Part shown: positions 12,575-24,421 of the stretch, piece by piece
How the letters are laid out: each line of letters starts with the position of its first letter
How positions within the stretch are numbered: position 1 is the stretch's first letter
From: Octopus sinensis
Lineage: Eukaryota
Assembly: GCF_006345805.1 (NCBI RefSeq)
Contig: NC_043005.1
Location: forward strand, 100,874,001-100,938,000
DNA length: 64,000 nt
Direction: 5' to 3'
Position numbers and translations under genes: made by a program
Notes under the pieces: generated by a model
What the model saw: the letters and a program-made list of their open reading frames with translations, nothing else
What the model was told of the DNA's origin: nothing
Database searches by the model: none

Positions 12575-12779
12575 ACCTATCCATTCTTGTTGCTTCTTTC
12601 TCGCGTATATATATATATATATATATATACATATATACAACGGGCTTCTTTCAGTTTCTGTCTACCAAATCCACTCACAAGGATTTGGTTGGCCTGAGGC
12701 TATAGCAGAAGACACTTGCCCAGATTTGTGTGTTTTATGCCTCGAAGCAATCCCCCAGGCTGCATACACATAGCTGGTT

Positions 12780-13140
12780 TTATTAGAAAAACAGGATATT
12801 GATCTGTGAGAAAACATGACAATAAATGAGAAGACAGTTGATGCAAAAAGAAATGAAACCCCATACATGATTTACATTGACAAAAATAAAGCCACTAATT
12901 TGGCTGGCCACATGTGGGATCTAATGATCAACTGCATACCACATACATTCAAGTCGAGCACTGTGGGGAAATCTATGCCATATGTATGGGAATCAAAGAT
13001 ATGCAAGCTATGTGTGAGTGAAAGAGCACACATTATTTTCAGATCTAATAATTCCATCACACTCCTTAATTTCAGAACTGAAATTTTTAGAAATTGCAAA
13101 CACATGGTCAAATTTCTTTTGTCAAACTGGAGAATACCAC
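12780..13140 (+). mobile_element. Second PLE fragment, GIY-YIG C-terminal region
   Basis: ORF 12816-13178 KATNLAGHMWDL..CKLCVSERAHII..LLNFRTEIFRNCKHMVKFLL follows the PLE C-terminal pattern T.L..W.L / C.LC..E / LLN.R.E..C.H. Confidence 0.75.
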
Positions 13141-13807
13141 AACCTCTCCAGATTGAGCAACAGTCTCATACAATTTGAACTCTTTCTTGTTGACTTAATC
13201 CACACCAGTTCGATTAATTGTAATCTTGACGTACAAAGAAGATATAATTCTTAGTTTTTTTTCTTTTTTCTTCTTTTTCTATTTTTATTCACCTTTTGTT
13301 TTCTCATTTCACTTTTGGTATCAACCCTCTTCTTATATTTTGTCATGTTTACTCATAGACCAGTGTCCTGTTTTTCAAATGAAATCTACCATGTGTATTC
13401 AGCCTGAAGGGTTGCTTGGCGACACAAGATATGCTACATAAATCAGGCAAATTACTGTGTTTCCATGGCAAGGAACTATTAGTGGCTCATATTTAAATAT
13501 TGTGTATATATTAAATAATATATAGATATATATGTATGTGTTTATGATTATGTTTGACTCTGAATATGTTTGTGTTTCTGATTATGTTTGACTAGTTGTA
13601 AATGAGTGCCACTGTCGTACAAGCAATGTCATTCATTTTCCAGATTCTCTGACAACGTCTGCCTGTGAAGAAATATTATCTTTCTTGGAAACAGGTGAGG
13701 GTTGGTAGCAGGAAGTGTATTTGGCAGTAAAAAATCTGCCTCAATAGATTTTGTCTGTCTAACCCATGCAAATGGACATTAAGATGACGATGATGACATA
13801 TACATAT

Positions 13808-13854
<47 letters not shown>

Positions 13855-13980
13855 GTAAATATATATATATATATATATATATACTCTCAACAATTGAGGG
13901 TAAAATTAATTAATTATTAATCAATTTCACCAAGTATTCAGTATGTAAAGGGACCATATAGGCGAATTCAACATATACAT

Positions 13981-14167
13981 TATATAAAGGCTTAGTAAAA
14001 TAAATTAATTTGCCACATACTGAACTCATTAGAAATAGCAGCTAAAGAAATTTCTTCTGAAAGAGATCTTCTTTAAGTATTAGAAATAGCTGAAGAAATT
14101 CTTTAGCTGCTATTTCTAATGAGTTCAGTATGTGGCAAAGTAATTATTTTACTAAGCCCTTATATAT
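13981..14167. repeat. Fold-back element with ~76-bp inverted arms between (TA)n tracts
   Basis: ggcttagtaaaa..tgccacatactgaactcattagaaatagcagctaaagaa (13981-14057) is mirrored at 14092-14167. Confidence 0.9.
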
Positions 14168-14187
14168 AATATATATATATATATATC

Positions 14188-14230
<43 letters not shown>

Positions 14231-14884
14231 AAGATAAATACACATACATATGCATATATACATGTAATGTATGTATGTGTATATTATATATATATATATT
14301 CGTTGCTGTTGATTCCATAGTAGTCTGTTTTATTATTATCGTCATTATCATTATTATCGTTGTTGTTGTTGTTGTTGCTACGTATGCTGCAATAACATTC
14401 TTTGACAAACATGAAGTAAATATTGCAGTCAGATACATTGCTGGCTTTTCTTGAATATTTTTCAGCATTCTTATGTGTTATCATTGATCATTGCTACAAG
14501 GGTCATAAATTACTTCATATTCATCAAAGTATAATGAAAGAATGATGCGAATAAAATTCCATTAACAAAAAAATAAAAAGAAAAAAAGAAAAAAAGAAAA
14601 AAAACCTAAAGAAAAAGAAAAAAATTTAAGTTCTGTTTATTTGAATAAAATGATGGAATCAATTTCTAAAAATTACTTCAACTTCTAAAGATCTAGAAAA
14701 AAAAATTGTTAAATAGACGTAAACAGCGAAAAACTGAAAGTCAGCAGAGCAAATGTGTTGCAAGGCACCATGGCAACGGTATATTTATATATCTTAATAT
14801 TTAACAAGATGTTGAGAAATGAATGTTTTACTTTAGCAGTCTTTTACATTTAACGATCTTGCCATGAAATCACTTCTTGTTCCC

Positions 14885-15120
14885 AATGTGATATATCATA
14901 TATAAATGTGACATATCATTTGCAGTTGTGATGTATTACACACAAATGATATACATCATATATAGATGTGATATATCATACACAGTTGTGATGTATTATG
15001 CATTGGAGGATATATATATCTTACATAGATGTGATATATCAATCATAACTGTTATATATACCATATGTAAATGTGATATATTGTACACATTTCTGGTACT
15101 TCATACATAAATATGATATA
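14885..15120. repeat. Degenerate AT-rich minisatellite (tgtgatatatcata units)
   Basis: The motif atgtgatatatca and its variants recur repeatedly. Confidence 0.55.
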
Positions 15121-15324
15121 CTAAAGAGATTTAAAATACTGGCGGAGATATTATACAGAGAGGATAGGAAACAATAAGACAAAATAGGAAATATATGAAT
15201 AAAGACTAGAATCTTTATAAACTAAGAATAAATTTGCATCAAAATAATTATGACAAGAGGCAAATCCACATAATTTTGAGAGCTGAAACATAAAAAATTC
15301 AAATAGGAAAATATTATAAACAAT

Positions 15325-15755
15325 AGGTGTAGGAGTGGCTGTGTGGTAAGTAGCTTGCTTATCAACCACATGGTTCCGGGTTCAGTCCCACTGCGTGGCA
15401 CCTTGGGCAAGTATCTTCTACTGTAGCCTCGGGCCGACCAAAGCCTTGTGAGTGGATTTGGTAGATGGAAACTGAAAGAAGCCCGTCGTATATATGTATA
15501 TATATATATATATATGTATGTGCGTGTGTGTGAGTATATGTTTGTGTGTCTGTGTTTGTCACCTCCACCGCCAACATTGCTTGACAACCGATGCTGGTGT
15601 GTTTACGTCCCTGTAACTTAGCGGTTTGGCAAAAGAGACCGATAGAATAAGTACTAGGCTTACAAAGAATAAGTCCTGGGGTCGATTTGCTCAATCGACT
15701 AAAGGCAGTGCTCCAGCATGGCCACAGTCAAATGACTGAAACAAGTAAAAGAGTA
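15325..15755 (+). mobile_element. SINE A, full length
   Basis: Complete head, central microsatellite and tail. Other plus-strand copies: 19255-19420 (head), 31465-31860, 35505-35800, 37655-38395 (split), 44215-44692. Confidence 0.9.
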
Positions 15756-16747
15756 AGCTTCATTATGAAAGTGGTTGAAAATTAGATACAAAAGTATGGG
15801 GAGAGAATTGACAAATAATAGGAACAAACTGATAGTTCTATAGAAAAAGGCTGGAATTTTACCAGATGGTATCAAACACTCAACAAGTCTATATGTTTTT
15901 CCAATACATTTCCAAAGGCAAATTTGCTATTAAACCCTTTAAATACAACAGTAACAAACTGTAAATATACGTATATAGCCTTAACTACAACACACCATTT
16001 GTATATTTGATAGTTCTTATAAAGGCCACACTACTATTATCAATGAATCAAGACTTTCAAGTCTGCAGCTGTGGGCAACAACAATTCTTGAGTTGCAACA
16101 TAGAGCTATTCTAACTTTCCTGCTTTTGGCAGCAAATTCACATTTCAAATCCACAATTTCTGGCAAATTGCGAAGGTGACTGCATTTAGCTGTTCTAACT
16201 GAACAGTGCTTTCAGAAAGTTAAAGTGGGAGACACACAAAGTGTATTGAATGAGAATTTGGGATTTAGTTATTTTCAAGTGATTTCAATGTAAACAAAAT
16301 TTGGAAGACCGCCAGCTGCTCTAGACTTGAAAGAGTTAAACTTCTTAGAAAGCTAAAGTATTAATACTCACTGTAGGAATGGACTGGTGTTCTTGCCATT
16401 TCACTCATAAACACAACACACTCTTTTCTCTCTAACACACATAAACACCATGCTCCATTGAAAAAGTTAGGAACTGTTCAAGTTTGTGGTGAACTAAATT
16501 AGCAGGCTTGCATTAGCATTACTCAGGCATGCATAATTTATTCTAAGTATCAAGGCATCGATTGAATATGTGAATTTGGAGAGGGGCAGAAATGAATGTG
16601 ATTTACAGTGAGTAAATTTTATAGAGGCAAATGACATTTGAACAGTTGAACCCTGCAGTATTACTGTTGGGAAAGACGTGTGGAGGGGAGGGATCACACT
16701 GATAGATTTTATTGATCTAAGCACTTGAGAAGGAGCAGATTTATGGC

Positions 16748-16779
<32 letters not shown>

Positions 16780-17035
16780 CATATGTATGTATGTATATAT
16801 GTTTGTATGTATATATGTATGTATGTATGCATGTTGGCATGTATGATATATGTACAGTTGAAATTTATAGAAAAACAAAAGATGAAGACAGGGTATGAAC
16901 CACAGGCAAATATATATATATATATATAATATATATAATATATATATATATATGAATATGTATGTATAATATATATATGTATATATATGTATGTGTATAA
17001 TTATATATATATATATATATATATATAATAAAACA

Positions 17036-17421
17036 TTATTGGTGAATTGAAGAAATGGAGCTGAACGCAGATTGAACAGAAATCGTTTTATTTCATTCTA
17101 CACGTGTTTCGAAAGGCACAAATTACAAAATCCGATGCCTGACCTGTTGAATTATTCAGCCACCGGTGCTCAAACATACACTGATAAAACAGTTTCGCAT
17201 GGGCTCTTAGGAGCACAGTTTCGATTTTGTTATTTTGCTTGCCTCTGTTCTGTTTTTGTTTTTCCAACGGATTTCCTTTTTTCTTCTGAAGAGAAAGACA
17301 CAATATGGTCCCATTATTCATCGGATTTTGGTAATTTGTGCCTTTCGAAACACGTGTAGAATGAAATAAAACGATTTCTGTTCAATCTGCGTTCAGCTCC
17401 ATTTCTTCAATTCACCAATAA
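17036..17421. repeat. Fold-back element with ~102-bp arms, PLE-derived
   Basis: 17036-17137 is the reverse complement of 17319-17421 apart from one 1-nt indel; (TA)n lies immediately left and about 150 bp to the right. Confidence 0.9.
17281..17366 (+). ncRNA. Type I hammerhead, intact core, weak stem I
   Basis: CTGAAGA(17286-92)-GAAAGACACAA[32 nt]TTGTGCCTTTC-GAAAC-ACGT-GTA|gaatgaaa; stem II 10/11 paired, stem III palindrome ACACGTGT. Confidence 0.75.
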
Positions 17422-17574
17422 GTTTTTAATTTCAATTATCCGCACCAACGCACGGTTGCAACGCCAGATGGTTGTACCTCCAGCCGTGCTGTTCACTGCT
17501 GTGATTTTTGCTACTAAGGTATCGGTTAAACTTTTGATTAATCTACTACAAGATTATTCATCTTTCTATTTCAC

Positions 17575-17608
<34 letters not shown>

Positions 17609-17979
17609 GTATATATATATTTTTTTTTATATATAGAAGGAGCTTCTACATATATAAGATGAACTTTCCTGTTGAAGACAATGTATGAGTGTTCAGTGAG
17701 AAGACAGGAAGAAAAATGCAGCCAAACAGACAATCAACAACAACGCTCACATTACTATTCTTACCATTCACCAATGTTTACGATTCCTTCACTTCACCTG
17801 GTGACTCCTCATGTGAGTTCCCAGGCCACCAAAGGCAACGTGGATACAAGCAGAAGCATGACTTATTAACCAGCACATGATCCAGCTGAGAAATCACAAT
17901 GTGAACAATATATATATTTATATATATATAGTATATATATATATATACTGTATTTTAAGCAGCAGAAAGAAAATTCACA

Positions 17980-18025
17980 AATAGTTACTCTGAGTTTCTC
18001 GTTGCCGTTCATCAGACAGTTTTTG
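17980..18025 (-). ncRNA. Minimal type I hammerhead-like motif
   Basis: aactgt-CTGATGA-acg-gcaa-cga-GAAAC-tcaga-GTA|act; core intact, A.A mismatch at the base of stem II, only 2 bp of proximal stem I. Confidence 0.6.
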
Positions 18026-18359
18026 CTAGAATGGAACTGATATATCAATTTCAATCTATACTCTTACAAACGCTACACCTTTTAAAAAGAAATGGACTTG
18101 TTGATTGGCCCTTAGAAAAACGGTCAATCTTCGAGCGAAATAAACAAAAAGGTCAAATATATATGTATATATATATAAAAAACTTATAAAAATTATAAAA
18201 ATTATATATATATCTATATACAGACAGTCAGACAGACACACAGACAGGCAGACAAACAGACAGACAGGTTTTATATAACAGAATTGTCATTTTATTTCAA
18301 ACTATTTCTTGGATAAGTTGTATGTGCATGCATGTATTCGTGTGTGAATATATATATAT

Positions 18360-18965
18360 ACTCTTTTACTCTTTTACTTGTTTCAGTCATTTGACTGTGG
18401 CCATGCTGGAGCACTGCCTTTAGTCGAGCAAATCAACCCCGGGACGTTTTCTTTGTAAGCCCAGTACTTATTCTATCGGTCCTTTTTGCCGAACTGCTAA
18501 GTGACGGGGACGTAAACACACCAGCATCGATTGTCAAGCAATGCTAGGGGGACAAACACAGACACACAAACATATACACACACACACATATCCATATATA
18601 AATATATAAATAGAAGTTTACGAAAATAAACAAAAGACGAAGGCAGGTGGAGTACAAACAAACAAATGTATTAGTATAGTGTTCAGGAATAGAAATAGAA
18701 AAAGTCTTATACGTTTCGAGCCTACGCTCTTCGACAGAAAAATACACAGAAAAATATGGAGAGAAACAAGGAGAGAAAAAAAATGCATGTAGGAGCTAAC
18801 GACAGGCTTCTTTCAGTTTCCATTTACCAAATACACTCACAAGGCATTGGTTGGCCCAGGGCTATAGCAGAATACACTTGCCCAAGATGCCACACAGTGG
18901 GACTGAACCCGGAACCATGTGGTTGGTAAGCAAGCTACTTACCACACAGCCACTCCTGTGCCTAT
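18360..18965 (-). mobile_element. SINE A with a PLE/hammerhead remnant (18600-18800) nested in its central (TA)n
   Basis: SINE halves flank an insert reading CTGTCGA-a-GAGC-gtag-GCTC-GAAAC-GTA on the minus strand (18704-18741). Confidence 0.85.
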
Positions 18966-19441
18966 GTGTTTATATAATATGTATCAATAAGTTTTAATTT
19001 CATGTCTACAGAGAAACATTTCCAAATTTCCCACAAATATGTCATCATCTTCTATGAATTCTACCGTAATCAGTGGAATTACTTCACCACAGAACTAAAT
19101 CCCAAAATGTTTCCATAACTTAAATATTCTAATGTTAGCAAAGTGGATAAATTTTGTTAATATTTGTTGTTTTTGTTCTTTGCTGAAATTGAAATAATTG
19201 TTCCACAATTTCAACAAAGTGGTACAGTTTTTTTTAAAAGCATAAACATCAAGTGCAGGTAAGTTTGGGTTGTAAGAAGCTTGCTTCTTATCTACAGGGT
19301 TTCTGGTTCAGTCCCACTACGTGGCACTCTGGGTAAGTGTCTTCTACTACAACCTCAGGCTAATCAAAGCCTTATTAGTGGATTTGGTTGGAAACTGAAA
19401 GAAGCCCATCATGTGTATGTTTGTATGTATGTATGTATAGG

Positions 19442-19473
<32 letters not shown>

Positions 19474-19526
19474 GAGCGAGAGAGATATTTATATATATGT
19501 ATATGTATATATATTGTATAAAATGA

Positions 19527-19860
19527 AGGTGCATGGCTCAGTGGTTAGAGCATCAAGCTTACGATTGTGAGGTTGTGAGCTCGAATTCCAGACCAGGCCG
19601 CATGTTGTGTTCTTGAGCAAGACACTTTATTTCACGTTGCTTCAGTTCACTCAGCTGTAGAAATGAGTTGCGACGTCACAGGTGCCAAGCTGTGTCGGCC
19701 GTTGTCTTACCCTTGGATAACACTGGTGGCGTGGAGAGGGGAGGCCGGTATGCATGGGTGACTGCTGGTCTTCCATAAACAACCTTACCCGGACTTGTGC
19801 CTGGGAGGGTAACTTTCTAGGTGCAATCCCATCGTCTGTGTCGTGACCGAAGGGGGTCTC
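19527..19860 (+). mobile_element. tRNA-derived SINE family C
   Basis: A box tggctcagtggttaga, B-box-like gctcgaattcc, ttcttgagcaagacacttta. Related heads at 39165-39270 and 56355-56575. Confidence 0.75.
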
Positions 19861-19919
19861 AGATTTGTATATATTATTGTGATTGCCTGCTTTTCTTCTC
19901 CACCATGACTAGACAACTG

Positions 19920-20305
19920 GTGTTGTTGTTGTTGGTGGTCACCTCAAGCCCCTGAGGATAACTCTCAGAAGTGCTAGAGCCGTGTAAGGGAGACGAATCA
20001 TCTCGGCCATTGTAGCCCCTAGTTAGCGAATATAGCGTTCCACCACCAGGGCCAGACATCTCAGCCAGAGATGTTCTGCAGATTCCACCTCCTCATTACA
20101 GAGTCTGCATTGATCTGTGTTGTTGCATCCTGCCATCTTTTGCCACTGCCTGAGTGCAGGATGATGACCACCACTACAGAAGTGCATCATGTCTGTGAAG
20201 TCTGCCTTTGAGAGGGCTGCTTCGGTTCTTTCATCCAGCTTTTTCATGAAGACTTCCTTCAGACGGGGATGTTGAAGTGGCGTTGGTTGGAACATTTGAC
20301 GAATA
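19920..20305 (-). mobile_element. 3' fragment of an I/Ingi/Jockey-group LINE with (CAA)n tail
   Basis: ORF 20023-20361 SGGHHPALRQWQK..CRLCNEEVESAEHLWLRC is a C-terminal CCHC zinc knuckle; caacaacaacaac follows on the minus strand. Confidence 0.7.
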
Positions 20306-20594
20306 ACCACCTGACAACTGGTGTTGGTTTGTTTACAACCTCCAAATGAGTGGTTTGACAAAAGAGACTGATCAACTAATTACCAGGCTTAAAAATAAGC
20401 ACTGGGGTCAATTCGTTCATCTAAAAACCCTTCTGGGCAGTTCTATAGTATGGCTGCATCCAATAACTGAAACAAGTAAAAGAAAAAGAATCATGCCTTG
20501 GGATACAAGATAAGGAGACCAAATATTTCAAAGTTGTCAGCGTAGTCAGCCCATCCAAGTATAAGACAAATTACAGACTTATAACGTCGATGAT

Positions 20595-20990
20595 TTTCTT
20601 ACTCTTTTACTTGTTTCTGTCATTTGACTGCGACCATGCTGGAGCACTGCTTTTAGTCAAGCAAATCGACCCCAGGACTTATTCTTTGTAAGCCTAGTAC
20701 TTATTCTATCGGTCTCTTTTGCTGAACCACTAGGTTACAGAGACGTAAACACACTAGCATCGGCTGTCAAGCGATGTTGAGGGGACAAACAGACACACAA
20801 ACACACACATATATACATATATACGATGGGCTTCTTTCATTTTCTGTCAACTAAATCCACTCACAAGGCTTTGGTCGGCCCAAGGCTACAGTAGAAGACA
20901 CTTGCCCAAGGTGTCACCCAGTGGGACTGAACCCGGAACCATGTGGTTGTTAAGTAAGCTACTTACCACACAGCCACTCCTATGCCTGAA
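20595..20990 (-). mobile_element. SINE A, full length
   Basis: Reverse-complement copy. Other minus-strand copies: 26610-26997, 33530-33970, 36290-36490, 49060-49270, 50070-50475, 52115-52512, 56100-56912 (interrupted). Confidence 0.9.
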
Positions 20991-21344
20991 TAACTGAATA
21001 ACTGTCATATTTATTGTTGTGTCTGGGGAGGGTCATTTTCTTTTTGTGCCTTATAATGTAACACACTCACTGGTAAAATTTCCACTTATTTCTTATTTTT
21101 ATTTTCCTAAAATATTCTAAGATGGGTTGGAAAACTTGCAGCAAAACTCACTAATACTGTAAAGCACTTTAAAGTTTCTACACTTTTACTTCTCTTCTAA
21201 TTATTCCTGAAAGATTTTTCACTGTGGAAGAGAAATAAGCAATTTACTTGATTTTATTCTTTCGTGATCTGTAGTCAAATCTAAAAGTGGATACTAAAAC
21301 TACCTTCAAAGAAAATTGCTGAAGTACCAAACTTAAATGGCAAA

Positions 21345-21780
21345 CTGTGCCACTCTCAAATATATCTATTTCTTTACTACCCACAAGGGGCTAAACACCG
21401 AGGGGACAAACAAGGACAGACAAACGGATTAAGTCGATTAGATCGACTCCAGTGCGTAACTGGTACTTATTTAGTCGACTCCAAAAGGATGAAAGGCAAA
21501 GTCGACCATGGTGGAATTTGAACTCAAAACGTGAAGACAGACGAAATAACTATTACTTTACTACCCACAAGGGACTAAACACAAAGGGGACAAACAAGGA
21601 CAGACACACGGATTAAGTCGATTACATCGACCCTAGTGCATAACTGGTACTTATTTAATTGACCCCGAAAGGATGAAAGTCAAAGTCGACCTCGGCAGAA
21701 TTTGGACTCACAATGTAGCGCCAGATGAAATACCGCTAAGCATTTTGCTCTGCGTGCTAACGTTTCTGCCAGCTTGCCAC
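21345..21780 (-). mobile_element. Two tandem SINE family B copies
   Basis: Family signature ggcgagctggcagaa..ttctgagttcaaattcc..ctttcatcctttcggggtcga..gccccttgtgggtagtaaagaaatag. Other minus copies: 43070-43280, 53950-54160, 56690-56880, 59870-60072. Confidence 0.85.
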
Positions 21781-22819
21781 CAAATATATCTTGGATATTT
21801 TAATTCACATAAAATTTATCATCCAAAGCTAAATAATTGTATAATTACTATTAATTACCATCAAAATATTAGTAGAGATAATCACAGCTGACTGTTTTAA
21901 TTTGAGTCTTTATGTTTCAATCTTTTACTGGCCATATATCAGAAAGAGAACATTTCCCAATTAAATTCTTTGTTAAATAATGGAGATTTGGGAAATGTTT
22001 AATGTAACATGTTTGTTCATTAGAATATTGAATTGGCGCTTGGAACATAATTTTATAACATGAATGCAGAGAATGCACAGGTGCAGTGAAGAAACGAGGT
22101 GAGCGTGTTCCACTGGATGTGTCATGTTATTGTGTATGAATGGCTGAGCATAGATTAGCTGAAAGAAGAAATAAGCATTACAGAAATTAGCCAAAAAGGT
22201 AGGAAGAGAGAAGGGACTGCACAAGCACAAACATCTGATGGTTATGAATAATGGTGGGTGGAAGAGGAGCCAAAGAAGCAAAATAGAATAAGGTAGTAGA
22301 AGAGAAGGACTGAGAAAGTTGTGTGAAGAAATGGAGAGTGCTGATTTCATGGACATCATCATCATCATCGTTTAACGTCTGCTTTCCATGCTAGCACGGG
22401 TTGGACGATTTTGACTGAGGGCTGGCAAACCAGATGGCTGCACCAGGCTCCAATCTTGATTTGGCAGAGTTTCTACAGCTGGATGCCCTTCCTAACACCA
22501 ACCACTCCGAGAGTGTAGTGGGTGCTTATTGACATATTGACATGAAACTGTAACAAGTGAAAAGGCAAACAGCACAAGAAGACTTCCTCTACTACAACCC
22601 TTGCCAAAAAGGTAGCAAAAATTTAAAAAACCATAAAAATTATAAAATAGACAAAATTATAATGATGAATACAACGGGTGTTTCTTCACTTTGAATAACA
22701 CACAGAGAGGGTCTTGAAGGGTTTAGCATATAAAGGTGAATAACAGGGTATTGATAGAATGGTAGGCATATATTAGCTAAGTAGTTTTGAAGTCATGACA
22801 AAGATGTTCAATATTTTTG

Positions 22820-23563
22820 TATCTCTAAGCCTCCCCACCAGAAATTACCAAAAACATATAATGAAAAGAAACATAACAAGTAACTGCAGAATATGTGGAG
22901 ATGGACAAGAAACAATAAATCATATTATCTCTGGCTGCCCAGTCCTGGCTAGGAAGGAATATATTCACAGACACGACAGAGTTGGGACCAACATACACTG
23001 GAAGCTATGCCAACACTATGGAATAACAACAGAAAAAAGTGGTATAAGTACATGCCAGAAAAGGTCACAGAAAATGAGATATCAACCATACTCTGGGATA
23101 TGCCAATACACACAGATAGAGAAATTAAGGCCAACAGACCAGATATAGTTGTCAGAGATCATGAAGAAAAAATGCTTTCTAATTGATGTATCAATTCCAG
23201 CAGATTACAATGTTTCTCTAAAAGAAATGGAGAAACTTTCAAAATACAAAGACCTGGAAATAGAGGTAACTTGAATATGGAATCTAAAAACAGAAACAAT
23301 TCCTATCATAGTAGGCGCATTAGGTATGATAAAAAAATATTCAGACAAATACATAACAAAAACACCAGGACTTACAAATATATATAACATACAAAAACTT
23401 GCACTACTGGGCACTGCACACATCCTACGCAAAGCACTCTCAATACAGTAACCATAAGAGCATCACAACAAAACACAGCACAAACCCAAGACACACAGAG
23501 CTGTGCTCAGTAGTGAAGTGAAAGCATGCTATAAAAATAAAACTACTGAATAATAATAATAAT
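22820..23563 (+). mobile_element. R4/Dong-clade LINE 3' fragment ending in (TAA)n
   Basis: SLPTRNYQKHIMK..CRICGDGQETINHIISGCPVLARKEYIHRHD, RPDIVVRD, KYKDLEIEV, IPIIVGALG; 3' end aaactactgaataataataat. Confidence 0.9.
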
Positions 23564-23564
23564 A

Positions 23565-23745
23565 ACAACATTGAAAAATACCTTAGGAATGAGAACCCAG
23601 GTTCGAAATTTTCCAAGACACCTGATGAAGGCTGGAAGGTATATCAGCCGAAATGTTATATTAACAACAAACAAGATGAGGACAAATATCCGTCAATTGT
23701 ATATAATGTAAATAATGTACATAATTCCTCATCTCTTAAATATGA
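23565..23745 (+). mobile_element. Short repeat carrying a hammerhead motif (23618-23660)
   Basis: acac-CTGATGA-a-GGCTG-gaaggtatat-CAGCC-GAAAt-GTT; perfect 5-bp stem II, C15.2 replaced by T, stem I decayed. Confidence 0.65.
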
Positions 23746-23916
23746 TGTTGGTGTGTTTATATCCCTGTAACTTTGTGGTTCAGTAAAAGAGACCAATAGA
23801 ATAAATATCAACTTTATAAAAAGTTAAGTACTGAGGTTAATTCATTCAAGTAAAAATTCTTAAGGCAGTGCTCCAGCATGACCACAGTCTAATGATGAAT
23901 ATATAATATACATAAT

Positions 23917-23949
<33 letters not shown>

Positions 23950-23954
23950 CATAT

Positions 23955-24002
<48 letters not shown>

Positions 24003-24039
24003 TTATACATATATATATATGTATGTATATAATATATAT

Positions 24040-24079
<40 letters not shown>

Positions 24080-24092
<13 letters not shown>

Positions 24093-24365
24093 GTACCCCT
24101 TTGTTTTGGGATCATCACTACTTTTTTTATCTCCTCTTCTTCCTAGCTCTCCTTTCTGACCACCTCTGTCTGGCATTCGCCATGATTGATCGCTAGCCAC
24201 TAAACCATTTTTCATTTTCTCTCTCTGCTTATTTCTGTGATACTTTCTGCTGAAGAGCATAGGCCGAAATGTAAAGACTTTCTCATTTCCCAAACGTGAA
24301 ACTAATACATCTTTTGTTGTTTACACACCCATCTTTGTTTTTTTTTTTTGTGTAAATTCCAACTA
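24080..24365 (+). mobile_element. PLE terminal-repeat remnant with decayed hammerhead (24243-24277)
   Basis: cttt-CTGCTGA-a-GAGC-atag-GC-C-GAAAt-GTA-aag; homologous to 34870-35130; flanked by (TA)n. Confidence 0.7.
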
Positions 24366-24385
24366 TGTATATATATATAAGTATG

Positions 24386-24421
<36 letters not shown>

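Larger units (their letters stand above)
9030..12604 (-). mobile_element. Penelope-like retroelement: 3' part of the ORF (RT thumb, GIY-YIG) between ~850-bp inverted terminal repeats
   Basis: 9148-9996 is the reverse complement of 11753-12604, differing mainly by small indels. The minus-strand spacer translates LEKNFPISHRYHRIISRKTVRISYSTLPNM, an Asn-rich linker, CKCRIKSKCPAPGLCGENNVIYKCTI, YVGCTINFLARVRNHISSF, TTLSNKIWELK. Each arm carries a hammerhead. Confidence 0.9.
8768..12722 (-). mobile_element. SINE A split by the PLE insertion (3' half 8768-9000, remainder 12640-12722)
   Basis: The two halves are contiguous in intact copies such as 20595-20990. The intervening 3.6 kb starts and ends in (TA)n. 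Confidence 0.8.

Noticed and set aside
15325-15400. tRNA genes at A/B-box motifs
   Set aside because: They are SINE heads continuing into SINE bodies; no complete cloverleaf was recognised.
15222-15694. Recurrent ORFs such as ..[31 protein letters not shown]..
   Set aside because: Chance reading frames of SINE A, repeated at every copy.
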